A stretch of 63,486 nucleotides of DNA, filler included, from Perkinsus olseni (lineage: Eukaryota): the NCBI GenBank assembly GCA_013115125.1. It is 21 parts of 21 records of this genome, joined end to end, with 100 filler letters (N's around TTAATTAATTAA, not from the genome) between each part and the next. Parts side by side here need not be neighbours in the genome. Positions count along the whole stretch, not along the records: positions 1 to 2,977 come from JABANN010001464.1; positions 3,078 to 6,052 come from JABANN010001465.1; positions 6,153 to 9,123 come from JABANN010001466.1; positions 9,224 to 12,193 come from JABANN010001467.1; positions 12,294 to 15,262 come from JABANN010001468.1; 16 more parts are not named here. One strand, 5' to 3'. The notes beneath the pieces are model-generated. The model saw only the letters and a program-made list of their open reading frames with translations, made no database searches and was not told the origin of the DNA. Position numbers and translations under genes: made by a program. Below are positions 1 through 12,473 of the stretch, in pieces. Within the stretch, counting starts at the first letter, position 1. Every line of letters begins with the position of its first letter.

Positions 1-674
1 TCTTCAGGAAGCACTGCGTGGCCTGTTAGAGGTATCAAAAGCCGATATGTACCGCGCTTATTGCACGCGCGCGATGTGCCTGACAAGCTTAAACCTATTA
101 CAGCGGTCATCTTGCTATCGGCATCCCCGCTGTCCCTACACAGTCCTCCACCATGCGTATCCATTGCATCAATAAACTGCCTAAGAAGGCCAAACGCACA
201 ACTTCCCAGGAAAAAACCGAGCATTTTTCCCAAGGGAAATATCTCCCGGAAATCCCTTGGGGAGAAATTTCCCATTTTACCAGTGGAGAAACTCTCGGCA
301 GGAGGTACCCTGCCTTCGTTCCACCGCCTCTCCCCCCACTCAGGGCCGGAGTCCCCGAGCCGGGAGGTCCTCCCGGGGAGGAGGGACGATTCGGATGCGT
401 CTCGCGTGCCGACTAAATTGCTCTGGGGTTTTACTAATTTGTTATGGAGTTTTACTCTGAATTCTGATACGGATCCGGGCGAGCGAGGTAACTTCGCTCG
501 CCGAGGTTGGTAGTGCGGGTTAGCGCGGAAAGAGCGCTCGAGTTTGCGGCTCATAAATTTCCTCCCGCACGCCCTCCGCCATATAGTGGATATTACTGGA
601 GACACATCAACTCTCGCTTTACGTTACTCTCTGCGTAAACAGTTGGTGATGAATCGAGACAAGGGGCTTCTCCT

Positions 675-2249
675 GTGACAGAGTTCATGCTCTTCCCGCA
701 ACTTCAGTTCTACGCTCGGTCGACCCCCAAAATGCAGCGCAACTCTTTCACTCCTCGTCTGTCGGTGATGTCGTTGCTACTCATTGCCCTCTCATCGGTG
801 GGGCTCCCACTAGTGCAGCAGCCGGGCTCTGCGGTGGTGATCATAGCAGATTCTGAAGGTCGTCAAGTCCGCATTGAAGATGCCTTCCGTCGCCACCGTG
901 GCTCTATCGTTAAGGAGGGCTTCTTAGCAGGAGCGTTGGTTCGAGTGTCGAAGTGCTTTCGAGGGGTGGCGGAGGATTCGAGCGTGGTAGAATATTTGAA
1001 AATCACAGGCATTCAAATCGTCCACACCGGCGTGGCGGCCTGTCCGGCCACTGAGGACGACATTTGCCGCCTCGTTGCGTCTGTAGCCCGCTGGGGTGTC
1101 TACCAGGAAATCGCCTGCTCGAAGGGATCTGAGAAGAGCAATATGCCAATGACCGAACCACGAACGGGGGCTTGGCCTCATCGTGCTGGAACGAAGTCTC
1201 ATCGTGAGCCACACATTCTGGACTACCCTCCGAGTGACCCTCTTTTCGCCAACCAACGGCCGATGTTCGAGGCATTGAGAATGGAGGAGACTTGGAAGGC
1301 GGTGAGAGAGTCGGGCCTCCCACGGAGGGATGTAATCGTAGCTATCATCGATACCGGCATAACCACGGAGCATCCTGAATTTCATGGAAAACTGTTGGAG
1401 GGTTATGACGCTTCTGGAGAGGCTGAGAATTCCGTACAAGACAAGATGGGCCACGGTACTGCAGTGGCCGGTATCATGGCTGCCAATATCAACGACGGGC
1501 TAGGTATTGCCGGTGTTGCAGATAGGGTTCAGATTCGTCCTGTCAAAGTTACCCGGCGAAATTATTCAGCCTTTGGCGACGCTCAGTGTGCGAAAGGCTG
1601 GGAGGCGGCCTTGAACTTCCAGGATACAGATATGATAGTCTATGCCTCTGGGGGCGATTACGAACCCAACAGAGAAGTTTTGTTCACACGTTTGCTGACG
1701 AAAACAGTGGAGAGGGGCGTGGTAGTTCTCACGGCGACTATCAATTCTGATGAGGTTAACACTGAAGCGGTGTTCGCCCTGCCCTGCTCTCTGGCTAATA
1801 AATTTCCCGGCGTCCTCTGCGCAGCGGCTACTAGGGCCACCAATCCGAACGTTCTCGCGTACGCCGCTTCGAGACATGCCAGCTTCGGCCTGCTGGGCAC
1901 AGAGGTGTGGTCTCCTACACATGAACGTGAGAATGGTGGATGTGTTTACAGGAGTCTCAGTGGCGCGTCAATGGCCACAGCGATTGCGGCTGGTGTGGTT
2001 GCACTAATGCAAAGTTTCAAAAACTTCACACCCGCCGAAATCGATAGGATGTTGATAGGCGCTACCGATGGCAGAGTGAAAACGGTCAATGGAACCGAGA
2101 TGGACTACGGCTCTCTTCGACCTGATCTTGCTGTGAGAAAGGCGATAACGGAGGCTGCGCCGCCACCTCGTCCGGGAATAGTCAACCGTTTAGGCAGGTT
2201 GCTGGTTTCAATCGGAGAACATGTGCTCTGGCCGGAATGGGATGGATAA
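675..2249 (+). CDS. Subtilisin-like S8 serine protease, intronless, probably secreted; true start likely a downstream ATG (688 or 732)
   Basis: Triad motifs IVAIIDTG (Asp), GHGTAVAG (His) and SGASMAT (Ser). Hydrophobic N-terminal segment LLLIALSSVG followed by a prodomain-length spacer. Confidence 0.92.
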   Translation: MTEFMLFPQLQFYARSTPKMQRNSFTPRLSVMSLLLIALSSVGLPLVQQPGSAVVIIADSEGRQVRIEDAFRRHRGSIVKEGFLAGALVRVSKCFRGVAEDSSVVEYLKITGIQIVHTGVAACPATEDDICRLVASVARWGVYQEIACSKGSEKSNMPMTEPRTGAWPHRAGTKSHREPHILDYPPSDPLFANQRPMFEALRMEETWKAVRESGLPRRDVIVAIIDTGITTEHPEFHGKLLEGYDASGEAENSVQDKMGHGTAVAGIMAANINDGLGIAGVADRVQIRPVKVTRRNYSAFGDAQCAKGWEAALNFQDTDMIVYASGGDYEPNREVLFTRLLTKTVERGVVVLTATINSDEVNTEAVFALPCSLANKFPGVLCAAATRATNPNVLAYAASRHASFGLLGTEVWSPTHERENGGCVYRSLSGASMATAIAAGVVALMQSFKNFTPAEIDRMLIGATDGRVKTVNGTEMDYGSLRPDLAVRKAITEAAPPPRPGIVNRLGRLLVSIGEHVLWPEWDG

Positions 2250-2977
2250 GAGAGCTCCCATCTCTAGGGGAGGGCCAATCAAGTATCATCCTCTTTGCAT
2301 GTGTCGATGTCCATGGCGATGCTGGAGTTGTTCTGGGATGGTTAGACTTCACTGCCTTACGTTGCAATCATCTCTTGGGGCGTGGGCGTCAGCGCTTTGG
2401 CTCTACAGTACGAACCAAACCGTTATGCAAATCACCTTTCAGAGATAATTCGCTCAATACGGAGAGTTTATTAATGAACTTTGCAAGGTGTACTGATAAT
2501 GAAAGTGAAAATCGATTGACACCGTTTCAGAACTGTTTCATCATCCATTGTCATGTTATGGGCGCGCGAAAATTTCCGGACCCTGCCGACCAACCGGATC
2601 CTGCCGATAGAGATTATCAGCATCGCCGGCGGGAAGGAAATGGACGATCACCACTGCGACCACTAACTCACGGCACTCCTGGAGCAGCACTACAATTCAA
2701 AATGACTTTCATCGACACGGACCGCTGTAGAGGTATTGTCCGCCTACAACCACGCACAAAGGTTTTCTTAGCAATTCTGAGGGTAGAGTGGTGGATATGA
2801 AGTAGATAGTGCCGTATCTAAGCTCGTGTAGTAGCACTACTAGTACTACGCTACTGGTATCACACTACTAGTAGTACTGTGAGTATCGTGTAAAAGCAGT
2901 GCCTAAGTTCACGGGGAACAGGTTCCATGACTCATGGACCATGAGGCCACACTCTACGGCCACCGTAGTACGGCGGA

Positions 2978-3077
2978 NNNNNNNNNNNNNNNNNNNNNNN
3001 NNNNNNNNNNNNNNNNNNNNNTTAATTAATTAANNNNNNNNNNNNNNNNNNNNNNNNNNNNNNNNNNNNNNNNNNNN
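2978..3077. other. Artificial contig-joining linker (N44-TTAATTAATTAA-N44); first of 20, about every 3.05 kb
   Basis: The same 12-mer, with stops in all six frames, is flanked by N runs at each junction. Contig lengths fall along the window (2977, 2975, 2971, 2970...). Confidence 0.98.
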
Positions 3078-3281
3078 GCACGCACGCACGCACGCACGCA
3101 CGCACGAGACCTGTGCGGAATCGTCCATGGCGGCCACGCGTGTTGCTCATGTGTAAAATTCCCCATGCCTACGGTCGATGTTTGTAATTCGTCTCCTCAC
3201 CAATGAAGCCCCGTAGGCTCTTGCTCAGTGCCGCTCCTAACGTAGTCCTCATGCAAGCACCGGCGGCCCTGTCGTCCGTAG

Positions 3282-3991
3282 ATAGATGAGCCCTTGGACA
3301 TCCTCATCAATAACGCGGGTATGGGCATCATGAACGCTGACGTTTGGGAGACTGACCCAGCTAAGATAGGCGACATTTTCACGGTCAGACATCCCCCGTT
3401 TCAGTTGCTCCCTACCGTGGATTCTTCAGGTCAACACTATCGCCCCCATGGCATTGATTCGGACATTCCTACCGGGGATGCTTCGAGCTGGTCATGGCCA
3501 TATAGTGAATGTGCTGTCCATGTCGGCTCATCGGGTAAGTTGTCCTCATCACTGGTGGTCCATAATCAGCCTGATGTCCCTCAGCCCATCCCGGGCGCGT
3601 CGGCGTACTCCGGGACCAAGTACGCTCTGAGTGGATACTCCCTCGCAGCAAGGATGGATCTCGTCGACACCCCAATACGATTGACATGCATCTCGCCAGG
3701 GCTAGTTAAGACGGAGCTGTTGGAAGTGAGCAGCACCGGTGGAGGTTCTGTTGAGGACCTCCTGTCAGAGCGCTATGAGAAGCAAGGAAGCCTCGGATAA
3801 GGTTTACACGGCAAACTCTCATCTCAATCCAGCTGACATCGCTGATAATATCGTCTATGCAATAACGAGGCCTTCCCACGTCCAGATCGCCGACATTCAA
3901 GTTTTCCCGACCAACCTTGTGAGGGGCCACAGTGAGGGTTGAGTCCTCCCAGTTCCTCCGCCTTCAGGTTGCACCACCCACTTCGAAATGA
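3282..3991 (+). CDS. Short-chain dehydrogenase/reductase (YdfG/DHRS11-like), multi-exon, 5' exons not seen
   Basis: [16 protein letters not shown], catalytic AYSGTK (YxxxK), ISPGLVKTE and [10 protein letters not shown] are recovered after removing short GT-AG introns. Confidence 0.85.
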
Positions 3992-4134
3992 GTCATTGGC
4001 AGCATACCGTCGTCGCCCGATTTTTCATTTTCATGAACAGCAGCAGTTGAGGAGTTTCTCTCCTCCGCCTATCTTGCGTATCGACTCCCCTGTTACCCGA
4101 CAGCATTGGTGCTTCCTGCCAGTATCAAATCCCG

Positions 4135-5287
4135 ATGGCCCTGCCGCAGACCAGTTTGTACTCCTGTGTCGATGTGAAGGGATCTCGAGTCCTCATAACC
4201 GGTGCCACTGCCGGCATCGGAGAGGCCACCGCTCGCCGTTTTGCCGAGATCGGTTGCGACCTTTACCTGGTGGGTCTTACGTGAATAAGAAACTCCTCTT
4301 TGATAGCAATCGTGTGGTAGGTTGGTCGACGAGAAGATCGATTGAAGTCTTTGAAGGCGGAACTTGAGAAGCATTCGGGGACAACAGCTCATCCTATTGT
4401 GTTCGATCTTAAGGATGTCCACAAGATGGAGCAAATCGTCGATAAGGCACTCTCATAATCGTGACAGTTTGGCTATGAGGCTTTCCCGGCTCCCATCAGG
4501 TTGGTGGCCCACTCGACATACTCGTGAATAACGCTGGTTACGCGGTCGGCAGGCCTGCGGCTTGGGAAGCCGATGTCACCGATATTCAGAACATGTTCAA
4601 TGTACCTTAGAGGAGCCCTCAGGCTATCCCCTCATCACTCGAGGGGCCCTTCTCATCTACAGGTGAATGTGATCGGCTACATGTCGCTCATAAGGCTTTT
4701 CCTGCCGGATATGCTGCGCCAAGGTCGGGGCCACATTGTAAACGTGAGTTCGATATCAGCCTTCGAGGTGGGAATCTTTTAACTTCGGATATGCACTGGT
4801 GTTACTGTCATCAGCCCTGCGATCACTCCTCGGTTTATACCGCCACTAAATACGCTTTGAATGGATATGCCATGGCAGCCCGCATGGACGTTGTGGACAC
4901 CCCCATCCGGATCACCAACATCTCCCCTGGGATGGTCCATACTGAGTTCCAGCGAGTAGGCAACAGGGTGTTGATGTTGTGGATCTTCAGGACTCAGGCC
5001 CGCTTCAACCACTCTCCCGATATGTTCTCTGCTGCTGACTCTGTTTATGACAATATTGTCTACCTCAATCCTGAGGATATCGCCGACCAGATTGTCTATG
5101 CTGTGACCCGACCACCACACGTTCAGATCGCTGATATAATAAGCTACTCCACGAACCAGGTGAGGCTCTCATCGACCAGCAGCAGTGCTCAACTCTCCCT
5201 CAGGCACGCGATAAATACGTCGAAGCTCGAGTTGGCGCGGACCTCGGAAGAGCCGAGTGCTTACGGAAGTTCTCCAACCTCGACTGA
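4135..5287 (+). CDS. Short-chain dehydrogenase/reductase, complete multi-exon tandem paralog
   Basis: ATG at 4135 gives MALPQTSLYSCVDVKGSRVLITGATAGIG (TGxxxGIG). Also LDILVNNAG, IVNVSSIS, VYTATK, ISPGMVHTEF and RPPHVQIAD. Stop TGA at 5285-5287. Confidence 0.9.
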
Positions 5288-5983
5288 TGCCTCGACCGTT
5301 ACGGCGATGAATCCATTGGCATTCGAGCTCTCAACATGGGGTCGTCAAGCGTGTCATTTTTTACATTGGTTTCATGCTTCCTCAGTAGTACTTTAGTTCG
5401 AGGTGGGATGAGGCATCTGACTTGAGCCGATCAACAAGGGCAACGACACAAGGACAGCGATCACCAGCTGAGGCTCTTGTTCAACATTCAAGATCTAAAC
5501 TCAGAATTCCCGAGATGTATGAGACTGTCCTGAGGAAAGTGCAGTATGTCCCCGAAGCAATGACACATCGACGCAAGCAAGCTCTCTGGTAGAGGGATAT
5601 GTAGGTTTATGGCGGTCCCTAACCTTGTGTCTGGAGCCAGCAGCAATCCGAATGTTGCAGCGTTAGCCGAAAGACTCTGACCGCCCGATTTTCACACAGA
5701 CTGAACAATATGCAGAAAGAGCGGTGAAAAGTGAAACCTGAGTGCTGCCCCGACAGCCCTGAATACCATAGCATCATCAACGAGTAGAACTGAGAGAAAT
5801 AATACATGGCCAGAACGGTAGGTCCTCATTAGAATGACGTTGTTCATCTCATAGCGTGCGTAATGAAATGCCCTTAGAGGGCACGTCATGTAGGGTACTG
5901 TGTACGTTTGACGTTGACGTCCATGTGGCGCCAGCGTTCAGTGTGCTATACCCCTTGCGTGTGGCATATACAGACTACAGCGT

Positions 5984-6052
5984 TGCAAATCCTGCTCCGA
6001 TGCACACGACCCACCCTAAACTCGTCGAACTCGACTCGTCCCGCCCTGCCGA
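5984..6052. repeat. Dispersed repeat starting at TG, probable LTR terminus (copy 1)
   Basis: TGCAAATCCTGCTCCGATGCACACGACCCACCCTAAACTCG... is nearly identical to 9042-9110. Flanks diverge right before the TG, and the contig breaks inside the repeat. Confidence 0.7.
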
Positions 6053-6152
6053 NNNNNNNNNNNNNNNNNNNNNNNNNNNNNNNNNNNNNNNNNNNNTTAA
6101 TTAATTAANNNNNNNNNNNNNNNNNNNNNNNNNNNNNNNNNNNNNNNNNNNN

Positions 6153-6620
6153 GTCCTAGTAGTCGTACTCTCAGTTGTAGTAGTCCTAGTAGTCGTACTC
6201 TCAGTTGTAGTAGTCCTAGTAGTCGTACTCTCAGTTGTAGTAGTCCTAGTAGTCGTACTCTCAGTTGTAGTAGTCCTAGTAGTCGTACTCTCAGTTGTAG
6301 TAGTCCTAGTAGTCGTACTCTCAGTTGTACTAGTCCTAGTAGTCGTACTCTCAGTTGTACTAGTCCTAGTAGTCGTACTCTCAGTTGTAGTAGTCCCAGT
6401 CGTGGTGCTCTGAGTTTTAGTAGTCCCAGTAGTCGAGGAGCTCATAGTTGTAGTAGTCCCAGTAGTCGAGGAGCTCATAGTTGTAGTAGTCCCAGTAGTC
6501 GAGGAGCTCATAGTTGTACTAGCCCCAGTCGTCGTGCTCTCAGTCGTAGTAGTCCCAGTCGTCGTGAGCTCAGTGGTAGTAGTCCCAGTCGTCGTGCTCT
6601 CAGTGGTAGTAGTCCCAGTG
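6153..6620. repeat. Coding minisatellite: 30-bp unit GTCCTAGTAGTCGTACTCTCAGTTGTAGTA, with 33-bp variants further right
   Basis: About 8 near-perfect 30-bp copies at 6153-6395, then diverged units. Confidence 0.95.
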
Positions 6621-6937
6621 GTAGTACTCGGTGTTGTAGTAGTACTAGTCGTGGTACTATCAGTCGTAGCAGTCCTCCCCTTCTTCGAGCCAGCTTTCAA
6701 CATACGTTGACGGTCTTCGTACTCCATGCCAGATATCTCTAAACTACTCTGATATTCTACACTAACAGTTCTAATTTCATCATCACCAAAAGAGGTAGTA
6801 GTAATGGTATAATCACAATTGTTATAGGCTGGCTGGGCGTCCAACTTCGCAGCCCCAGTCACCAGTGGAACCTTCTCAGCTGAAATAACCGATAGACATA
6901 GATAAAAAATAGCAGAGATGCCCAAGGTGCGAGCCAT
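6153..6937 (-). CDS. Secreted Thr/Ser-rich mucin-like protein, 3' truncated
   Basis: Signal peptide MARTLGISAIFYLCLSVISA, a short unique domain, then TTTESTTTRT / TTTMSSSTTG repeats running into the gap. Confidence 0.8.
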
Positions 6938-9041
6938 TAGCGCTGTTGACGCAATAAAACGGAAGAATACACTGAGGCGAGACAAACGACTCGGAAAATC
7001 ACCTTATCCATGAGACCAACTCAGAATGGATGCAACTCTATAGCTGAGCGAGAGAAGTCCATACATCGTATTGAAATGCCAAGACTAGGGATACAGCTCG
7101 TAGTAGTTTGTGTTCCGGAGTACGATTGGATGAGCCATGTGATGTTGAATATCTTCCTTGCGCGGGCCAATGAAACGCTCGCAGAGCTATCGCCTGTGCG
7201 TGCAGAATCCTTGTGACACTCTTCCCTGTGCGTCGAGGACCGAGGCAATCTTACTTGGCCAAACTAGATATGAGTTCCTGTTAATTGGGACCACTCAAGG
7301 CATCGATTGCGATAGTGACGCGCGGTCGGTCAGGATTAATACGCCTGGTTTGCGACTTCCTAGACAGTGACTCACTGTGAGTGAGAGCACATTCAATGTT
7401 ATATACTTGATTAACAGATCTTGATATACGGGTTATGATCAACTGATCGAGTGATGGCAACTCTTACCACGGGTTTCCCCGACCGCAATCTCTAGCCAAG
7501 TGAACTTATCCTTCACGTGGCCGGACGATGCCCCGCTTCACGTACTCATGTCGGGGAGGGCCGGAGAGTACAGACCCTACTAAGCACAGCACTATGACGG
7601 GTAGTTCACAAGCCGAAGTAATGCGTGCCAGAGCACAGACTGATTAGAGTTGCTACGCTTTAGCGTGGGATGGTGACTCACCATTGGTGAGATTAAAGTC
7701 TTAGCGCTAACTGGAGCAACCCGCACTGGTCTCGTGCACGAACCACGTGCGCAAGCCTCTACATATCTTCTCGGGCGCCCGTCGTTGTCGTGCAGAGTCT
7801 AGTCAGCCTTTCAGGGTGATACTCAACCAAAAGTTTCTGCACGAATCACTTAATACAGCAAGAAGATCCAGCACGATTACAATGACTGTCTGTTCGCATA
7901 TGACGATGTTTAACGAGCCATGTGTTTCTATCCTGATCCCACTCGGCCTCATGCGTGTGAAGCCACATGATAGTGCGCAGCGGAAAAGCTGAGTTATTCG
8001 GGAGTTACTAATAGTTTTCTGCCTTCTTTCTCCTAATAGTTTTCTCTGCCTTGTGTGCAGTAGAATCGATAAGGGTGCTTGGAACCTCAGCCTCTGCATC
8101 GCTAAACTTTGCAGAGATGATGTCCATCTTTTCGCTCTACAAGGAATTGAATCAATCGAGTACCCTACAGTCGCTCATGGAGGCCACTTGGGGCCCATTC
8201 CTAATCAATAATAGCTTCAAATATGAATCACTTGTGGTCTCCGAGATGGAAGCCAGCTTGTACCTTCCAATCATATGCCTCGATGCCGCTTGAGCATGCC
8301 ACATCGCCGTCAGAAGGTAAATGAACAGAAGTGAGAGTTGACACTCTAGTAGAGATTCCTGATTTCCTGATGTACAGAAATATATCAACTACCTCGCAGT
8401 CGCCCATGGACATTCACAGGCAGCCAAGCTCTCCAGTGTTTTTTCGGAGTTCTCCCTCAATAACTAACGTCTCTGGTGTTCGAGTCGAATCTACTCATCC
8501 CATTTTTCTCTCTCTTTCTCTCTTTTTTTTCTAGCCCAATTATTACTCAACTACGCCCGACATTCGAATGACAACCATCAGGCAACTGTCGCTGTGTGTA
8601 GCCACGCCTTTGTCGTCGAAGAGTCTATCGATCGTACGTATTAGACACAGGATCCACCCAGCGCGGTTGAATTCCCAACATCAACGTTCTTGTAAAGGCT
8701 CACATTCCTGTAATCTAAACGACCGGGGTTGTAAATGAAGAATTGCAACGAGACCCTTCGTGGCTCGGAATACCCGATTTCGCGTATGTGCGGGCTGGCC
8801 TTGACTATGTGCTGCCCGACATCACGCTCGCATCCATATTGTTCTTACGCGAAGTCACATTTCTGCAAGTAATAGGGCAGGTTGTGTGAGATACATTACT
8901 CTGGTTGAATCGGGCTGATTCATTCCGCGTACGTGTCGAAGGTTCGTGTGCAGGCCAGGTTAGTTTTCAGCACGCACTGATTCATCCCAGCCGTGTCAGT
9001 CCCTGATTCCCACACGTGGCATCTTGGCACTGATAGGCTCA

Positions 9042-9123
9042 TGCAAATCTTGCTCCGATGCACACGACCCACCCTAAACTCGTCGAACTCGACTCGTCCC
9101 GCCCTGCCGATGATAGCTGTGGC
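9042..9123. repeat. Dispersed repeat starting at TG, probable LTR terminus (copy 2)
   Basis: One mismatch to 5984-6052 over 69 bp; also at a contig end. Confidence 0.7.
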
Positions 9124-9223
9124 NNNNNNNNNNNNNNNNNNNNNNNNNNNNNNNNNNNNNNNNNNNNTTAATTAATTAANNNNNNNNNNNNNNNNNNNNN
9201 NNNNNNNNNNNNNNNNNNNNNNN

Positions 9224-12193
9224 TCCGCGGTTCGTCCACCCATCTCGGGCGACGGGTCGGCAGCCGACTCTAAACACTTCACTATCGAGTTCGTGAGAAG
9301 GTTCCGTTGTCAGCGATGCCTGGTTCACGATCACTCCACCAGCAAATGTGCCGCTGACAAGATGTTCATGGCCCATCTCCGCTGTGATCAGTGCGGACTC
9401 CATCACGATGTTTCTCCGAACAAGGCCCTGCACTGCGCTAAAGCCATCTGTCATCGATGTTCCGCCGCCGGTCACCTGTGCCGTGCCTGTCCTGCTCCCA
9501 AACCTCTGCGTGGTCGCGCTCCTGTACAGCCCCAACCCGGCACGGCTCAGGTCAACTGTCTTGCCAGCGCATCGGCCGCATCATCATCGTTGATCACTAT
9601 TGATCTCAAGATCTCTGCCGACGACGAACTGCTCTCTCCGACCGTGCTCTGTCCGGCTCTTCTTGACACAGGAGCTGAGGCCTTCTTCTTGCGGTCTGAT
9701 GAGCTTTCGTCGTGGCGTACGGCTGGCCTTCACTTCCCCATACTGCCAGACAGCACTAAGGTCAAGGTCGCCAACGGGACCTCTGTGCCAACGTTGGGTC
9801 GTACTCCCCCATTACGGGTAACGTTCGTGAGTGGCACGACCATCTCGGCGTCTTTCCTCATCCTCGAGGACCTTACCCACCGTGCCATTCTTCCCACCGC
9901 GGCCCTGAGACAAGCTGGCGGTGCGAGGTGGGTCGTCGGTGAGACTGCCTCCGAGGATCGCATCTTCATCGGTGATGCCCAAGTCCAGCAGCACTCTCTC
10001 GCCACGGCGTCGCCTGGCTCGGTAACCTGTCTCCGCATGGTTGTTGCGAAGAACCCGCCAACTCTGACTGAGGAGCACGCCGTGAAGTTCTCTGTCCTTC
10101 AAGAAAACTCTGAACATCTTCATCCTGTCGCCTTGCCCATCGACCGTGATGATCCTGTCTCTGACGATCGACATCTCCTGCGGGTTTCTTACCGCCCTGA
10201 CGCGTCTGCTCCTGCCGGCCGTCCCTACGTCGATATCCCCTGGTGTGACGACGACTGCCGTCCTGCGTGGAACTATCACCGCGCTTATGCGCGCGACAAA
10301 GCCATCTTCAGTCGACTTACGTCACAACAACAGCAACTCTACCGTCAGGCTGTTAATGATCTAGTGGCCGCCGGTTTCGCTGAGATAGTCGACGATCCAA
10401 AGCAGTGCGGATACTACATCAACGGCCTACCGGTGTTCAGGCCTGATAAGGCCACTCATCCCTGCCGCGTCTGCCTAGATGCTCGAGAACTTAATCGCTA
10501 CCTCGCCAACATCTCGTCCAAGGGTGTGGGACCGGGCAGCCTGTGGTTCTTCCTTCTTGCCATCCGCAACTGTAAGTTCTTCCGAGCTGCCGATCTGCAA
10601 ACCGCTTTTTTGAGGGTCGGGTTGCATGACTCGGACAGCTTCTTCATCGGCTGCGTAGCAGCTTCGATGACTATAAGATTCAAGCGACTTCCCTTCGGCC
10701 TATCATGTAGCGGATTCGGTCTCGAATCCGTACTTGAAGATCTACAAAACCGGTGGAGTAGGTTGCTAGCCTCCCTTTCCTCTCCTCATGGCAGTCCCTT
10801 CTCCCGCATCAGTCCGATGACGTCGTCGACCAAGCCCAAGCCATCTCCTGTCATGCTCAACACCCAACCGATGTGCTCACTGCCCGATGTGCTCATCAAA
10901 GAAGGCTTGGATTTGGTCATCTACGTTGACGATCTCGCCAATCGCGGTGAACATCCAGCTGACGTCCATCACCGGTCAGTCTTCTGCTACAGCAAGCTTG
11001 ACGACTCCGGGTTGCCAGTCCATGAGGTGAAGACCTTCGACAACATCCATCCGGCCCCATCGCTCGACCCAGCCAACGTTAAGGGCCTGCTCGGCTACCG
11101 GTACGACCCTGGCTCGGACTCTCTGTCCTTATCGATCAAGCTTGAGGCCACCTACTCTCCACAGTCGTGTACCAGGCGCCTTCTCGTTGGTGCGGTAAAT
11201 TCCTTCTATGATCCTCTCAACCTTTTCATGGAATTCGCCGCTGTCGGAAGGGGGTTAGCCCGCCTGGCTTCCCAGCCCACAGACGCGAAGATTCCACCGT
11301 GGGATGTTCCGTTGGATCCTACACTCATCGAGAGGCTCAACAAGTGGATTTCGCACATACCTCGGGATCTTTGGGTTCCTAGATTCGCGGGTCTACATCA
11401 AGGGGTCTACGCCTTCACGGATGCAAGCTATGATGGGTTCTGCTGTGACATTCGCGCTGCTGAATCTCCCTTCACTCGGCTCTGTGGCAGGTTCGGTCTC
11501 TTCTCCTTGGATTGCGTGCACAAGCATTCCATCGTCCAGAAGGAGCTGTCTGGTCTCTACTGTACCATCATCCTTCTAGACCGCCTGCTCGATGTGGCCA
11601 CTGTTCATGGACCCTTGCCACCCACTTGCGACGTGTTCACTGACTCCCTCATAGCCATCCATCGCCTAAGGTCGATTGCCAACGACAGCAAGCTGGGTAT
11701 TTTCGAGCGTCGTCGTCTTCGCCGAGTGCGAGACTTTGTCGACCGGGCCCAGAAGCTCGGCATCGACACCCATGTAAGGCACGTCGCCGGCGTCCACAAC
11801 CCCGCGGACCCCTCCACCAGGCCCTTCCGCGACCCAGTCGAGCTATTGCCGTTGTCTCCTGACCAGATAGGCATCGGAGTATCATCATCGTTGGCATCTG
11901 ACCTCACCTACCCCCGCCTCTCGAGGCCCGCCGAGAATGGTAGTGACGACGATCTCACCTTCGACCCCATTCCTCTGATCGACGGCGCCGACAGCGATGT
12001 CAGTTGTGAGCTTAATGTGATAACCTCTGTCTCTAACAACGACATCGACACCAACTTTGTCTCCATCGAAGACCTCCAGGCTGATCAGGAGTCCAGCGTG
12101 GTGATACGAGCAATCAAGGAGAAGCTGACGTCAAATGGTGAAGATACATCACGTCAACGTCTCTCCAACTGGTATCGTGTCAACGGCGATGAT
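9224..12193 (+). mobile_element. LTR retrotransposon gag-pol, BEL/Pao-like, open frame across the contig
   Basis: Three Cys/His knuckles (including CHRCSAAGHLCRAC), protease LLDTGA, RT (ADLQTAF, RLPFGLSCS, YVDD), FYDPL motif and RNase H (FTDAS, KEL, FTDS, NPADPSTR). Confidence 0.9.
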
Positions 12194-12473
12194 NNNNNNN
12201 NNNNNNNNNNNNNNNNNNNNNNNNNNNNNNNNNNNNNTTAATTAATTAANNNNNNNNNNNNNNNNNNNNNNNNNNNNNNNNNNNNNNNNNNNNGTGGTCC
12301 TGTGATCTTTGGAAGTCTTGTGACCGTCTGATCTTCGTGAATTCGTGCGCCGGCTTTACCGCTCGTTGATGTAGTAGCAGGCAGCTGATAAGACGGCAGC
12401 CTGGCAGGCCCCCATTTTATGCTACTGGTGCGGCTGTAACCTCTCCCTGGCGGCTGGTCATCCCTCGTTCTAG

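Noticed and set aside
3022-3033. TTAATTAATTAA recurring every ~3 kb as a biological repeat or piggyBac site
   Set aside because: Always embedded in 44+44 Ns; a standard six-frame-stop contig linker.
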